Assembly (NCBI GenBank): GCA_030841025.1
Contig: JAVEDJ010000239.1
Span: 1-46,637 of the forward strand
Reading direction: 5' to 3'
Length of the DNA: 46,637 bases
Source: Actinomycetota bacterium
GTDB lineage: Bacteria; Actinomycetota; Actinomycetes; JACCUZ01
Shown in pieces: positions 1-9,185 of this stretch. The position numbers were made by a program, and so were the translations under genes. Numbering within the stretch: position 1 is the first letter of the stretch; every line of letters starts with the position of its first letter. Under the pieces are notes generated by a model. It saw only the letters and a program-made list of their open reading frames with translations, had not been told where the DNA came from and did not search any database.

Positions 1-534
1 GCGGGACTGATCCTTCGCCGGCTGCACCGCTCGGATCGGCAGGCGGCCACGGTCATGACTCCGCACGCGCAGCTCGCGGTCGCTGCCGACGCCGTGACGC
101 TCCTGGGCAGTGTCGTGCCAGAGCAGCGGGACAGGGCGCGCGCCTTGCTCCGCCATCTGCACGCCACGGCACCCTCCGACGTCCCCCTGGTGCTCAGCCA
201 CGGTGACTTCAACATCGGGCAGCTCCTCACCACTGCGCAGGGCACGGTCGTCACGGATGTCGACATGGTCTGCCGCGCACCTGCGGCCTACGACCTCGCC
301 AGCTACGCCGCCAACCTGGTCAGCGGCCGACCAGGCGACGAGCTTCGCGCAGAGGCCGCCCTCGAAGCGTTGCTGTCGACGTACGGCGACGTGCCCGCCC
401 TGCGCTGGCACCTCGCGACCGCACTGCTGCGGCGCTGTGACCGGCCCTTCCGCCGGGCGAAGAGACGTTGGATCGAGCACTGCACAACTGTCCTGGACAT
501 TGCCGAGGGAGTGAGCGAGTCATGGGGCGAGTGA
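1..534 (+). CDS. APH/choline-kinase-fold phosphotransferase, C-terminal part (5' end outside window)
   Basis: Frame 1 is open from nt 1. 'LVLSHGDFNIGQLL...VVTDVDM' matches the kinase catalytic loop (HGD-x4-N) and the DxD metal site of APH-fold kinases. Confidence 0.6.
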   Translation, partial: AGLILRRLHRSDRQAATVMTPHAQLAVAADAVTLLGSVVPEQRDRARALLRHLHATAPSDVPLVLSHGDFNIGQLLTTAQGTVVTDVDMVCRAPAAYDLASYAANLVSGRPGDELRAEAALEALLSTYGDVPALRWHLATALLRRCDRPFRRAKRRWIEHCTTVLDIAEGVSESWGE

Positions 535-1502
535 ACGGGGTACGACGCCGGGCAATCGTGACCGGTGCTGCAGGTTTCATCGGTTCACACCTGTCCGAAC
601 GGCTCGTCGCCGACGGCTGGCACGTCACCGGCATCGACTCCTTCACCGATTACTACCCACGCATGGACAAGGAGTCCAACCTCGCCTCGCTGAGCCGGGA
701 GAGTGCCTTCGACCTCGTGGAGTGCGATCTCTCGGTTGACGGCTGGCAGCGCGCTCTTGCCGGCAGCACAGCCGTGTTCCACCTGGCCGCTCAGGCGGGT
801 GTGCGCGGCAGCTTCGGCGAGAGCTTCGTGCGATACGCCCGCGACAACATGGTCGCGACGCAACGCGTCTTCGAAGGGGCGAACACCCACGGTGTGCGCC
901 GCGTCGTGTGGGCGTCGTCATCGTCGGTCTACGGGGATGCGGAGTCGCACCCGTGCCGTGAAGGCGTGACGCCGACGTTGCCCCGCTCCCCCTACGGGGT
1001 CACCAAGCGCGCCTGCGAGGACCTGGCCCAGGTCTATCGCAAGGCTGGCCTCGCGATCAGTGGTCTGCGGTACTTCACCGTCTACGGTCCACGGCAGCGA
1101 CCGGACATGGCGATCCGTCGCATCTGTGACGCCCTCGTCACCGGCGAGTCGTTCGCGGTGTACGGCGACGGATTCCAGTCCCGTGACTTCACCTACGTGA
1201 CCGACGCGGTCGACGCCACAGTCCGTGCTGCGTTGGCCGAGAACCCCGCTCCCGTCTACAACGTGGGGGGTGGCGACGAGGCGACGCTGTCGCGCATCAT
1301 CGCTCTGCTCGAGAACCTCGCCGGCTGTCGGCTGACACAGGAACGTCGCCCCGCACAGCACGGCGACGTCCGTCGTACCTCTGCCGATGTCAGCCTCGCC
1401 ACAAGCTCCCTGGGCTGGGCGCCAGAAGTATCACTCCCCGACGGGCTGGCCGCCCAGCTGAGCTGGGTACGTGGCCATGTCCTGGCCGAGGAGGTCGCGT
1501 GA
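522..1502 (+). CDS. NAD-dependent epimerase/dehydratase (extended SDR)
   Basis: 'VTGAAGFIGSHL' Rossmann motif and 'SPYGVTK' YxxxK catalytic motif. The start is ATG 522 or GTG 531; the latter forms a GTGA overlap with the upstream stop. Confidence 0.85.
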   Translation: MGRVNGVRRRAIVTGAAGFIGSHLSERLVADGWHVTGIDSFTDYYPRMDKESNLASLSRESAFDLVECDLSVDGWQRALAGSTAVFHLAAQAGVRGSFGESFVRYARDNMVATQRVFEGANTHGVRRVVWASSSSVYGDAESHPCREGVTPTLPRSPYGVTKRACEDLAQVYRKAGLAISGLRYFTVYGPRQRPDMAIRRICDALVTGESFAVYGDGFQSRDFTYVTDAVDATVRAALAENPAPVYNVGGGDEATLSRIIALLENLAGCRLTQERRPAQHGDVRRTSADVSLATSSLGWAPEVSLPDGLAAQLSWVRGHVLAEEVA

Positions 1503-2596
1503 GTACGACGGCATTGGCTGTCGTGGTCAGTGGCTTCCCTCGCACCTCGGAGACGTTTGCCGTCGCCGAGCTGACGGCACTCGCCGAGTCGGGCATGTTG
1601 ACGCGCATCTATGCGACGAAACCCGGGGACGGAGCACAGCTGCAACCCGGCGTCCAGGAGCTTCTCCCGTTCGTGCGACTGCTCCCACCCGGTGACTGCG
1701 AGACGCAGGCCGCGGCGATCGCCCACGACATGGCGGGCACCGGCGTGGACGGCCTGCACGGCTACTTCGCCCACGAGCCCACAGCAGTTGCCGCCGCGGC
1801 CGCCCGCAGGCTCGGTGTCGGGTACAGCTTCAGCGTCCACGCGCTGGATGCCCGCAAGATCACCGCGGCCGAGCTGGCGCTGCGCGCCCGCGAGGCGACC
1901 GGAGTCATCGCCTGCAACGACGACGTGGCCAGGCACGTGCAGGTGCCGGACGCGTGCGTGAGCATCGTGCCGCACGGCGTGAACCTGCAGCGCTTCCGCC
2001 AGCGGACCCTTCCGGCGCCCGGCGACGTGCTGCGGTTGCTGGCTGTGGGGAGGCTGGTGGAGAAGAAGGGCTTCTCGGTGCTGGTCGACTCGGTGAGCCG
2101 GCTTCGGCAACCCTGGACCTTGCGGATCATCGGGGACGGACCGCAGCGAGAACACCTGGAGCGGTCGGTCGCGCGCGCCGGGTTGCAGACCAGCGTCGAC
2201 TTCGTCGGGACCCGTGCGCACGACGAGCTGCCCGAGGACTACGCCTGGGCCGACATCGTCGTCGTACCTTCCGTCGTGGACAGCACCGGTGACCGCGACG
2301 GGCTTCCGAACGTCGTCCTGGAAGCCATGGCCACCGGGCGGCCTCTGGTTGCCGCGGAGGTCGCAGCCATCGGTCCAGCGCTCCGGCAGGCGGGAGCAGG
2401 CGTTCTCGTTCCCTCCGGTGATCCCACGGCGCTAGCTCACGCGATCGGACTTCTCGGTGCCGATCGAGAACGCCGCCGCTCGCTGGGGCTGGCGGGGCGT
2501 CGACATGTCGAGAGCCACTTCGCGCTCGAGTCCTGCACGCGTCGCTTGCAGACGCACCTGGAGGTGTTGCATGCGCCCGACGCCCAAAGCGCATGA
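1499..2596 (+). CDS. GT4-family glycosyltransferase
   Basis: 'GRLVEKKGF' and 'DGLPNVVLEAMATGRPLVAA' (E-x7-E region). GTGA overlap with the epimerase stop. Confidence 0.85.
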   Translation: MSTTALAVVVSGFPRTSETFAVAELTALAESGMLTRIYATKPGDGAQLQPGVQELLPFVRLLPPGDCETQAAAIAHDMAGTGVDGLHGYFAHEPTAVAAAAARRLGVGYSFSVHALDARKITAAELALRAREATGVIACNDDVARHVQVPDACVSIVPHGVNLQRFRQRTLPAPGDVLRLLAVGRLVEKKGFSVLVDSVSRLRQPWTLRIIGDGPQREHLERSVARAGLQTSVDFVGTRAHDELPEDYAWADIVVVPSVVDSTGDRDGLPNVVLEAMATGRPLVAAEVAAIGPALRQAGAGVLVPSGDPTALAHAIGLLGADRERRRSLGLAGRRHVESHFALESCTRRLQTHLEVLHAPDAQSA

Positions 2597-3899
2597 AGCC
2601 GACCGGGTCGCCTATGTGCTGAAGGGCTACCCCCGGCTGTCCGAGGTGTTCATCACCAGCGAGATCCATCGGCTGGAACAGCTCGGTGTGCCGCTCCGGC
2701 TGTTCGTGGTCAAGGGGGCTGACGAAGAGGTGCAGCATGACGTCGTTCGCCGAGTCAAGGCCGAGCCGACGTACCTGACCGACACCACGTCGCTGTCGGC
2801 AGCGCGGCTGCTTCCGTGGCTGGCGGCCAACATCGGTGCTTTCCGGCCGGCCTTGACCCGCGTCGCGGTCCGGCGTCCACTCGGCACGGCGATGGCCGCA
2901 GCAGCCGCCCTTGCCCAGGCCTTCCGGTCGCGTCGCGCCTTCCTCGCCGCGCCGCGGAAGCTGTACCTCAAGGAGTTCCTGCAGGCGGTTGCTCTCTCCG
3001 ACCAGCTGATCAGGGCGGGAGACGTGCGGCACCTGCACGCCCACTTCGCCCACGGTACGACGACGATCGCCTGGCTCGCCGCCACGATCACCGGCCTGCC
3101 GTTCTCCTTCACCGGGCACGCGAAGGACATCTACACCGAGGACCTGAACCCCGCAGGACTACTGCGACGTAAGACGGATGCGGCCAGCTTCGTCGTCACC
3201 TGCACCGAGGCGAACCGTCGCCACCTGCAGGCGCTGGGCTCCGAGACTCCGGTGCATCTGGTCTACCACGGTCTCAACGCCGACTTCGAACGCCTGGTCT
3301 CCGCCGCGGCCGGCCCCATCCGGCCATCCCGGGTACGACTGCTCGCAGTCGGGCGGCTGGTCCGCAAGAAGGGGCTCGACACGTTCGTGGACGCGTGCGC
3401 AGTCCTGCGTGACAGCGGTCTGGACTTCGAGGCCGTGATCGCCGGCGAGAGCGGAGACCACGAACCAGCGGTCCGCAGACGTGTCCTCGAGGCAGGGCTG
3501 ACCGATCGCATCAGCTTCCTGGGCCCGTTGACTCAGGACGCGCTGTACGAGCAGTACCGGCGAGCCACGGTCTTCACCCTGCCGTGCCGGGTGCTGGACG
3601 ACGGTGACCGTGACGGCATACCCAACGTCCTGATGGAAGCCATGGCCTGCGGGGTCCCGGTCGTCACGACCGCTGTCTCGGGCATCACGGAGCTGGTCCA
3701 CCACGACGAGAACGGACTGATCGTCCCGCCCGACGACGCCGAGCGCCTCGCTGCCGCCATCTCCCGCGTGGTGAACGAGCCAGGGCTCGCCGGCCGGCTG
3801 GGCGAGTCCGGCCGCAGCACCGTGGCGACCCGGTTCGACGCGGGCATCATGGCTGCGCGGATGGCTGCCTTGGTGGCAGCGGCCGGGGCCACGGCGTGA
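2571..3899 (+). CDS. GT4-family glycosyltransferase (WcaL-like N-terminus 'GYPRLSEVFI')
   Basis: ATG 2571 is preceded by GGAGGTG. 'GRLVRKKGLD' and 'DGIPNVLMEAMACGVPVVTT'. The upstream part of ORF 2457-3899 overlaps the previous gene and was discarded. Confidence 0.85.
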   Translation: MRPTPKAHEADRVAYVLKGYPRLSEVFITSEIHRLEQLGVPLRLFVVKGADEEVQHDVVRRVKAEPTYLTDTTSLSAARLLPWLAANIGAFRPALTRVAVRRPLGTAMAAAAALAQAFRSRRAFLAAPRKLYLKEFLQAVALSDQLIRAGDVRHLHAHFAHGTTTIAWLAATITGLPFSFTGHAKDIYTEDLNPAGLLRRKTDAASFVVTCTEANRRHLQALGSETPVHLVYHGLNADFERLVSAAAGPIRPSRVRLLAVGRLVRKKGLDTFVDACAVLRDSGLDFEAVIAGESGDHEPAVRRRVLEAGLTDRISFLGPLTQDALYEQYRRATVFTLPCRVLDDGDRDGIPNVLMEAMACGVPVVTTAVSGITELVHHDENGLIVPPDDAERLAAAISRVVNEPGLAGRLGESGRSTVATRFDAGIMAARMAALVAAAGATA

Positions 3900-5899
3900 G
3901 CGCGCCCGCGGGCAGCACGGCGGACTGGGCAGTCCTCGCCGGTCCGGCGTCCGCCGGCCACGGTGTCCATCCGCGGCGGGTGTACTGCCCCATCGAGTCG
4001 GCCCATCAGGACCGACGGGTCGCGGTCGACGCCCGAGCCGGGCGCTTCACCTACGCCGGCGTCAAGCTTGATCTCGGAACCACGCCCGCCTGGGTGGACG
4101 GTGGGCTCTCCACGGACGAGGAGTGGCGGATCGAGTGGAGCAAGTTCTACTTCGGGCTCGATCTGGCGGCCGCGTTCTCAGCCACGGGAGACGAGTCCTA
4201 CCTGAGGGCGTGGCTCGACCTCGTGACGTCCTGGATCGCCCAGGTACCGGTGGACCACGACCCCACCGACGTCATCGGACGGCGGCTGCAGAACTGGGTG
4301 TACGCGTGGCAGACGTTCGACAGCGCTCCCGGCGCCGCCCCGCTTCCGGCGGACTTCGAGCATGCGCTGCTGACCAGCATCCGCGACCAGCTCGACTACC
4401 TGCAGGCCCATCTGGCGCCGGAACGCAATCACCGCACCCTGGAGCTCTACGCCGTACTCGTGGTGACCCTCGCGCTGCCAAGCCTGGACCCCGGCTGCGT
4501 TCACCGGGACAGCGCGCTCGCAGCGCTGCACGAGAACCTGCTGACCGATGTGCGGGCGGACGGCGTGCACCGTGAACGCTCCACCCACTACCACTCGATC
4601 GCGCTCCGATCGTTCCTGGCCGCACGCCTGAACGCCACCATGTTCGGGCTCGAGGTGCCCGCAGGCTATGACGAACGGTTGGCTGCCGCCTTGCGGTTCG
4701 CCATGCACGTGCACCGGCCCGACGGTGAGATCCCGGCCCTGTCGGACAGCGACTCCGGGAGCTACCTCGACCTGCTGGTGCTCGGAGGACAAGTCCTCGG
4801 AGAGCCTGAGCTCACCTACGTCGGCACCCGCGGCTGTCGTGGCATTGCTCCCGCCGCACGCAACGTGTCCTTTCCTGAAGGCGGGTACCACGTTCAACGC
4901 AGTGGGTGGGGCGACCGCGGCGCGCGGATGGCCGACGAGAGGTTCTTGGTCCTGGGTTGTGGCCCCCTGGGCGACGGGGGGCACGGGCACTACGACGCGC
5001 TGAGTGTCGAGGCCTACGCCCACGGCGTGCCGCTGGTCGTCGATCCTGGCCGGTACACGTACTCCGAGGCTGCGCCCAACTGGCGCCGATGGTTCAAGGG
5101 GACGGCCGCGCACAACACGGTGACCGTGGACGGCCTCGACCAGACGCCCTACCGGCGCGGAAAGCCCAAGGGACCGGTGGCACGGGGCACATTGCTGGCG
5201 CGCCATTCGACCCAGGGGCTGGACCTGCTGTACGGCGAAGTGCGCAGCCCTGCCTACGACGCGGTGCACCGACGGGCGGTCATGTTCGTCGACGACGAGT
5301 ACTGGCTGGTGTTCGACCAGCTGCGTGCGGCGACCAGCCATGAGTACGTCGCCCGCTGGCATCTGCTCGCCGGCGAGCAGCCGGTCGTGTCCTCGCTGCC
5401 AGGGAGCCGCACCGCCGTGACGACACCGACCATGACCCTCGCCGCAGCCGGAGGCGCAGGTGCCCGGATCGAGTCCGGATGGGTGTCCAAGCGCTACGGC
5501 ATCAAGGATGCGGCTCCTGTGATCGTCGTTCCGCTGCTCGACACCACGGACGCGGACCTGGTCACGCTGCTTCATCCGCGGCGCCGCGGCCAGCTCCAGA
5601 CACCTGACGTGCAACTCGTCGACGGAAGCAGCGGACACCAGGCGGTCGTGGACTGCGCCGCCGGCCGTTGCCGTGACCTCGTGAGCTGGCATCAGCCCGA
5701 GCTGGCCATCAGCGGCGGGGGGCTCGCCGTGGCCGGTGACGTCGTCTGGCTGCGCAGCGACGGCGACGGCCGACTCGACAAGGTCCTCGTGCACCAGCCC
5801 ACAGCGCTTCATTGGTCCGGAACGGGCCCCGAACCTGCCCTGCAACCTGCGGGCGACGGCTGGTACAGCTGGAACCGTGCCGAGGCGGCATCACGATGA
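3896..5899 (+). CDS. heparinase II/III-like (alginate-lyase-fold N-domain plus heparinase II/III C-domain) protein
   Basis: 'ERNHRTLELYA', 'STHYHS' and 'GDGGHGHYDALSVE' resemble conserved heparinase II/III family blocks. GTGA overlap with the upstream GT. Confidence 0.7.
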   Translation: MSAPAGSTADWAVLAGPASAGHGVHPRRVYCPIESAHQDRRVAVDARAGRFTYAGVKLDLGTTPAWVDGGLSTDEEWRIEWSKFYFGLDLAAAFSATGDESYLRAWLDLVTSWIAQVPVDHDPTDVIGRRLQNWVYAWQTFDSAPGAAPLPADFEHALLTSIRDQLDYLQAHLAPERNHRTLELYAVLVVTLALPSLDPGCVHRDSALAALHENLLTDVRADGVHRERSTHYHSIALRSFLAARLNATMFGLEVPAGYDERLAAALRFAMHVHRPDGEIPALSDSDSGSYLDLLVLGGQVLGEPELTYVGTRGCRGIAPAARNVSFPEGGYHVQRSGWGDRGARMADERFLVLGCGPLGDGGHGHYDALSVEAYAHGVPLVVDPGRYTYSEAAPNWRRWFKGTAAHNTVTVDGLDQTPYRRGKPKGPVARGTLLARHSTQGLDLLYGEVRSPAYDAVHRRAVMFVDDEYWLVFDQLRAATSHEYVARWHLLAGEQPVVSSLPGSRTAVTTPTMTLAAAGGAGARIESGWVSKRYGIKDAAPVIVVPLLDTTDADLVTLLHPRRRGQLQTPDVQLVDGSSGHQAVVDCAAGRCRDLVSWHQPELAISGGGLAVAGDVVWLRSDGDGRLDKVLVHQPTALHWSGTGPEPALQPAGDGWYSWNRAEAASR

Positions 5900-7194
5900 C
5901 GATCACGGCCATCGCCGGCACCAGCCTGGCACCGGACCCCGCTCTGCCTCATCGGGATGAGCTGCTCGATGACGCCCTGGTCGGACAGCGGCTGGAGCGG
6001 CTGCTGGCCCGCGACGGCGATGGCGGCAGCCGGGTCCTCTCCTGCGTCCGGACACGAGCGAAGTACCGCGTCGGTGAGAGCCTGCGCGCGACGTTCGAGG
6101 TGCGGCTGCGCGGCGCCACCCGACTGGTCAGCGCGCGCATGTTCGCGGCGGGCGCGCCGAGGCCGGAATGGGCGAAGCCGGCCCCGGACGCCGACAGCGA
6201 CGTGACCGGCAGCTCCCCGACGACCGTGGCGGACCCGTCCATCGACACGGACTTCTGGGTCTTCCCGGCAGACCGCAAGCTCATCGGGCTGCCGGCGTTG
6301 CTCTGGCCACCGCGAGAGGCCCGCACCGCCTTCGCGGCCACCTGGACGCGCAGCCGGCTGCTGGCCTACAGCCCCGAGAAGGCGGCCACCGTGCGCTGCC
6401 TGACCGAGCGCGGCGACACGCTGGGCTACGCGAAGGTCCAGCTCGGCGACGAAGGCCTGCGCAGCATCGCTGTCCTGCAAGCAGTCACATCGGGCCTGGA
6501 CGGCGATGAGCGCCTGCGACTGCCGGCTGCCGTGGGCTATGTCGCGCAGCACCACATGGCGCTGTACGACGCGGCTCCCGGACGACCGCTGGCGGAGCTG
6601 CCCGCGACCGCGATGCCGGAGGCGATGGCTGCGCTCGGCCGCGCGCTGACCGTGCTGCACCACCAGCCGGTCGGTGATCTCCCACCGTTCAGCCGCCTGC
6701 TGCCGAGCCGCATCGTCCGCGCCGCCGAGCTCATCGGTGCTGCGCGCCCCGATGTCGCGGACGAGGTCGCGTTGCTCGTCGCCGCTCTGCTCGCGGCCCC
6801 GCCCGGCGCCGCGTCCACGGTGCTGCTCCACGGCGACGTACATCCCAAGAACGTGCTGGTCCACGCGGCCGGAGTCAGCCTGATCGACCTCGACCAAGCG
6901 GCCGTGGGCCCGGCCGCCGCGGAGCTGGGCGGGCTGCTGGCCCGGCTGTGGTGCCCTCGGGGCCGCACCGGCCTGAGCGCGTCCACCGGAACGGCAGCCG
7001 TCACCGCGCTCCTCGATTCGTACCAAGGCACGCTCGAGCGCGACGACCTGCTCTGGTACGCCGCGGCGGCCCTGCTCGTCGAGCGGGGCCTCCGCGCGCT
7101 CAACCGCGTGGACCACGAAGGCCTGATGGAGCTTTCCTCGGTGCTGGCCGTGGCCCGTCAATGGGCCGAACGCCGTGAAGGAGCCTGGACATGA
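5896..7194 (+). CDS. APH-fold phosphotransferase (second kinase in the operon)
   Basis: 'VLLHGDVHPKNVLV...SLIDLD' catalytic loop and DxD. ATGA overlap with the heparinase-like stop. The antisense ORF 5809-7203 is Arg/Gly-rich junk. Confidence 0.65.
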   Translation: MTITAIAGTSLAPDPALPHRDELLDDALVGQRLERLLARDGDGGSRVLSCVRTRAKYRVGESLRATFEVRLRGATRLVSARMFAAGAPRPEWAKPAPDADSDVTGSSPTTVADPSIDTDFWVFPADRKLIGLPALLWPPREARTAFAATWTRSRLLAYSPEKAATVRCLTERGDTLGYAKVQLGDEGLRSIAVLQAVTSGLDGDERLRLPAAVGYVAQHHMALYDAAPGRPLAELPATAMPEAMAALGRALTVLHHQPVGDLPPFSRLLPSRIVRAAELIGAARPDVADEVALLVAALLAAPPGAASTVLLHGDVHPKNVLVHAAGVSLIDLDQAAVGPAAAELGGLLARLWCPRGRTGLSASTGTAAVTALLDSYQGTLERDDLLWYAAAALLVERGLRALNRVDHEGLMELSSVLAVARQWAERREGAWT

Positions 7195-8366
7195 GCCGGT
7201 CACGACTTCTCTTCTACTGCCAGCACTCAGTGGGCCTCGGCCATCTGGTGCGATCGCTCAATCTCGCGACCGGCCTGGCGGAGAGCTTCGACGTCACCTT
7301 CCTCAACGGCGGGCCGTGGCCGCCGGACGTGGCTCCACCGCCGGGTGTGGCCATGGTGAACCTTCCTCCGCTCGGGCATGACGCTGACTACGCGCTCGTC
7401 AGCCGCGACCCGAAGCTCACCGTGGAGCAGGCCTGCGAGCTGCGCCGCCGTACGGTCCTGTCTACCTACGAGGAGATTCGGCCGGACGTCGTCTTGGTCG
7501 AGCTCTTCCCGTTCGGCCGCAAGAAGTTCGCCTTCGAGCTGCTGCCGCTTCTGCAAGCAGTCCGGGCCGCACCTGGCACCCGGCCGTTGGTGGTGAGCAG
7601 CCTGCGCGACATCCTCGTCGGCAGCCGACGTGACCAACAGGGTCATGACGACCGCGCGTGCCGGACGGCCAACGAGTACTTCGACGCGATACTCGTGCAT
7701 GCCGACGCCCGGTTCGCTGCGATCGAGGAGTCCTTCAGCCCCAGCATGCCGCTGGTGCCGCCGGTCCATTACACGGGATTCGTACGCACGCCGACGCCCG
7801 ATCGCCCCGTTCCGGGCGGACTGCGTCGGGTGCTCGTCTCGGCCGGCGGAGGGATGGTCGGCGAGCCGCTCTTCACGGCTGCAGTCGCCGCGCAGCCACG
7901 CCTGTTCGCGGAGCACGGCCTCCGGATGACGCTGGTCACCGGACCGTTCCTGCCGGAACAGGACCGCGCGAACCTGCACCGAGCTGCCACCGGCGTGCCG
8001 GGGCTGGAGGTCGTGCGGTTCCTGTCGGACCTCGCCGGCGAGATGGCAGCCTCCACCGTCTCGGTCAGCCAGGCCGGTTACAACACCACGATGGACCTGC
8101 TCGGCTGCGGCACTCCCGCCGTGGTCGTGCCCTACGGAGAGGGCCGCGAGGACGAGCAGGCCGAGCGGGCTCGACGACTCGAGACGATGGGCGCCCTCCG
8201 TGTGCTGGCGGCCGACAAGCTGTCCGGCGACGCCTTGGCCGACGCCGTCGTCGATGCGCTGGGCTGGCAGCCGCTCCCCCTACCGCTCGACCTGGACGGC
8301 CGAGAGGCGACCAGGCGACTGCTGCACTCGTTGACGGGTGCTCCCGTCGCGGAGGCGGTGGCATGA
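7191..8366 (+). CDS. MurG-like / GT28-C-domain glycosyltransferase (COG4671-like)
   Basis: 'LFYCQHSVGLGHLVRS' N-terminal motif and 'VSQAGYNTTMDLL' C-terminal nucleotide-sugar motif. GAAGGAG RBS and ATGA overlap with the kinase stop. Confidence 0.6.
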   Translation: MSRSRLLFYCQHSVGLGHLVRSLNLATGLAESFDVTFLNGGPWPPDVAPPPGVAMVNLPPLGHDADYALVSRDPKLTVEQACELRRRTVLSTYEEIRPDVVLVELFPFGRKKFAFELLPLLQAVRAAPGTRPLVVSSLRDILVGSRRDQQGHDDRACRTANEYFDAILVHADARFAAIEESFSPSMPLVPPVHYTGFVRTPTPDRPVPGGLRRVLVSAGGGMVGEPLFTAAVAAQPRLFAEHGLRMTLVTGPFLPEQDRANLHRAATGVPGLEVVRFLSDLAGEMAASTVSVSQAGYNTTMDLLGCGTPAVVVPYGEGREDEQAERARRLETMGALRVLAADKLSGDALADAVVDALGWQPLPLPLDLDGREATRRLLHSLTGAPVAEAVA

Positions 8367-9112
8367 CCCACTGGCTGGCGCCGCTACGGCAGGCCCTCGA
8401 CTCTGCTGCTGCGCCCGTGCGCTTCTTCTTCCGCGATGACGACGCCGGCTGGGACGACCCTGCCCTCGCTGCCCTGCTCAGCGTGTTCGAGGACCATTCG
8501 GTGCCGCTGGACGTGGCTGTGATCCCTACCGCCACGGATACTGCGACAGCAACCTTGCTCCGGGACCGGATCGACTCGGGCCGCAACGACGTGGCCGTCC
8601 ACCAGCACGGGTTCGCGCACGTCAACCATGAGGCTGAGGGACGCAAGTGCGAGTTCGGCGCGAGCCGTCCCGCGGAGCAGCAGCGTCGCGACATCGAGTA
8701 CGGACGAGAGCTGCTCGCCTCGAGCTTCCCGGACGCGGTGCCGGCCTTCACGCCGCCGTGGAACCGGTGTGCGCCGTGGACCCCGGAGGTGCTGCGGGAC
8801 GTGGGCTTCGAGGTGCTGTCGCGCGACCTGTCCGCAGGCCGGGCGGGGATTGCCGGACTAGTCGAGCTACCGGTGTCGGTGGACTGGTTCGGCAAGATTG
8901 CCCGCGTCCCGGTGGGGCCGGAAGGGCGGGGGGCGCTGCTCGCGAGTGGCTGCACTCAGGGTCAGCCCGTCGGCGTGATGCTCCATCACGCGGTCATGTC
9001 CGTCGATGACCTGACTCAGCTCGGCGAGCTGCTGGAGGTCGTCGTGGCGCACCCTCACGTGTCGGTGCACCATCTGCACCACCTTGCAATGGCGGCCGAC
9101 ACTCACCGCTGA
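8363..9112 (+). CDS. polysaccharide-deacetylase-like (NodB/DUF2334-type) protein
   Basis: 'FFFRDDDAGW', 'HQHGFAHVNH' and 'FTPPWNR' fit a D-D / H-x-x-H metal-site pattern. ATGA overlap with the upstream GT. Only the last 249 codons of ORF 7658-9112 are credible. Confidence 0.5.
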   Translation: MTHWLAPLRQALDSAAAPVRFFFRDDDAGWDDPALAALLSVFEDHSVPLDVAVIPTATDTATATLLRDRIDSGRNDVAVHQHGFAHVNHEAEGRKCEFGASRPAEQQRRDIEYGRELLASSFPDAVPAFTPPWNRCAPWTPEVLRDVGFEVLSRDLSAGRAGIAGLVELPVSVDWFGKIARVPVGPEGRGALLASGCTQGQPVGVMLHHAVMSVDDLTQLGELLEVVVAHPHVSVHHLHHLAMAADTHR

Positions 9113-9185
9113 CCTTGCGGAGGGCGTCGATTCGGGCGCGCCTGTGTTCCCGCTGCCCGCCCGTGCCCCGCCTCGTGGATGGTGC

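Noticed and set aside
4178-5845. 555-aa minus-strand ORF antisense to the heparinase-like gene. Similar long antisense or off-frame ORFs occur at 5809-7203(-), 9084-10010(+), 16109-17371(+), 19380-20831(+), 24994-26253(+), 27039-28406(+), 34028-35680(+) and 39930-41117(+).
   Set aside because: These are typical high-GC shadow ORFs. Their translations are Arg/Gly/Pro/Ala-rich with no family motifs, while the opposite-strand ORFs carry clear catalytic motifs and operon-style start/stop coupling.
7658-8362. N-terminal 235 codons of the 484-aa ORF 7658-9112.
   Set aside because: This part overlaps the MurG-like GT in another frame and is Arg-rich low complexity. A clean ATGA-coupled start at 8363 gives a compact deacetylase-like protein.
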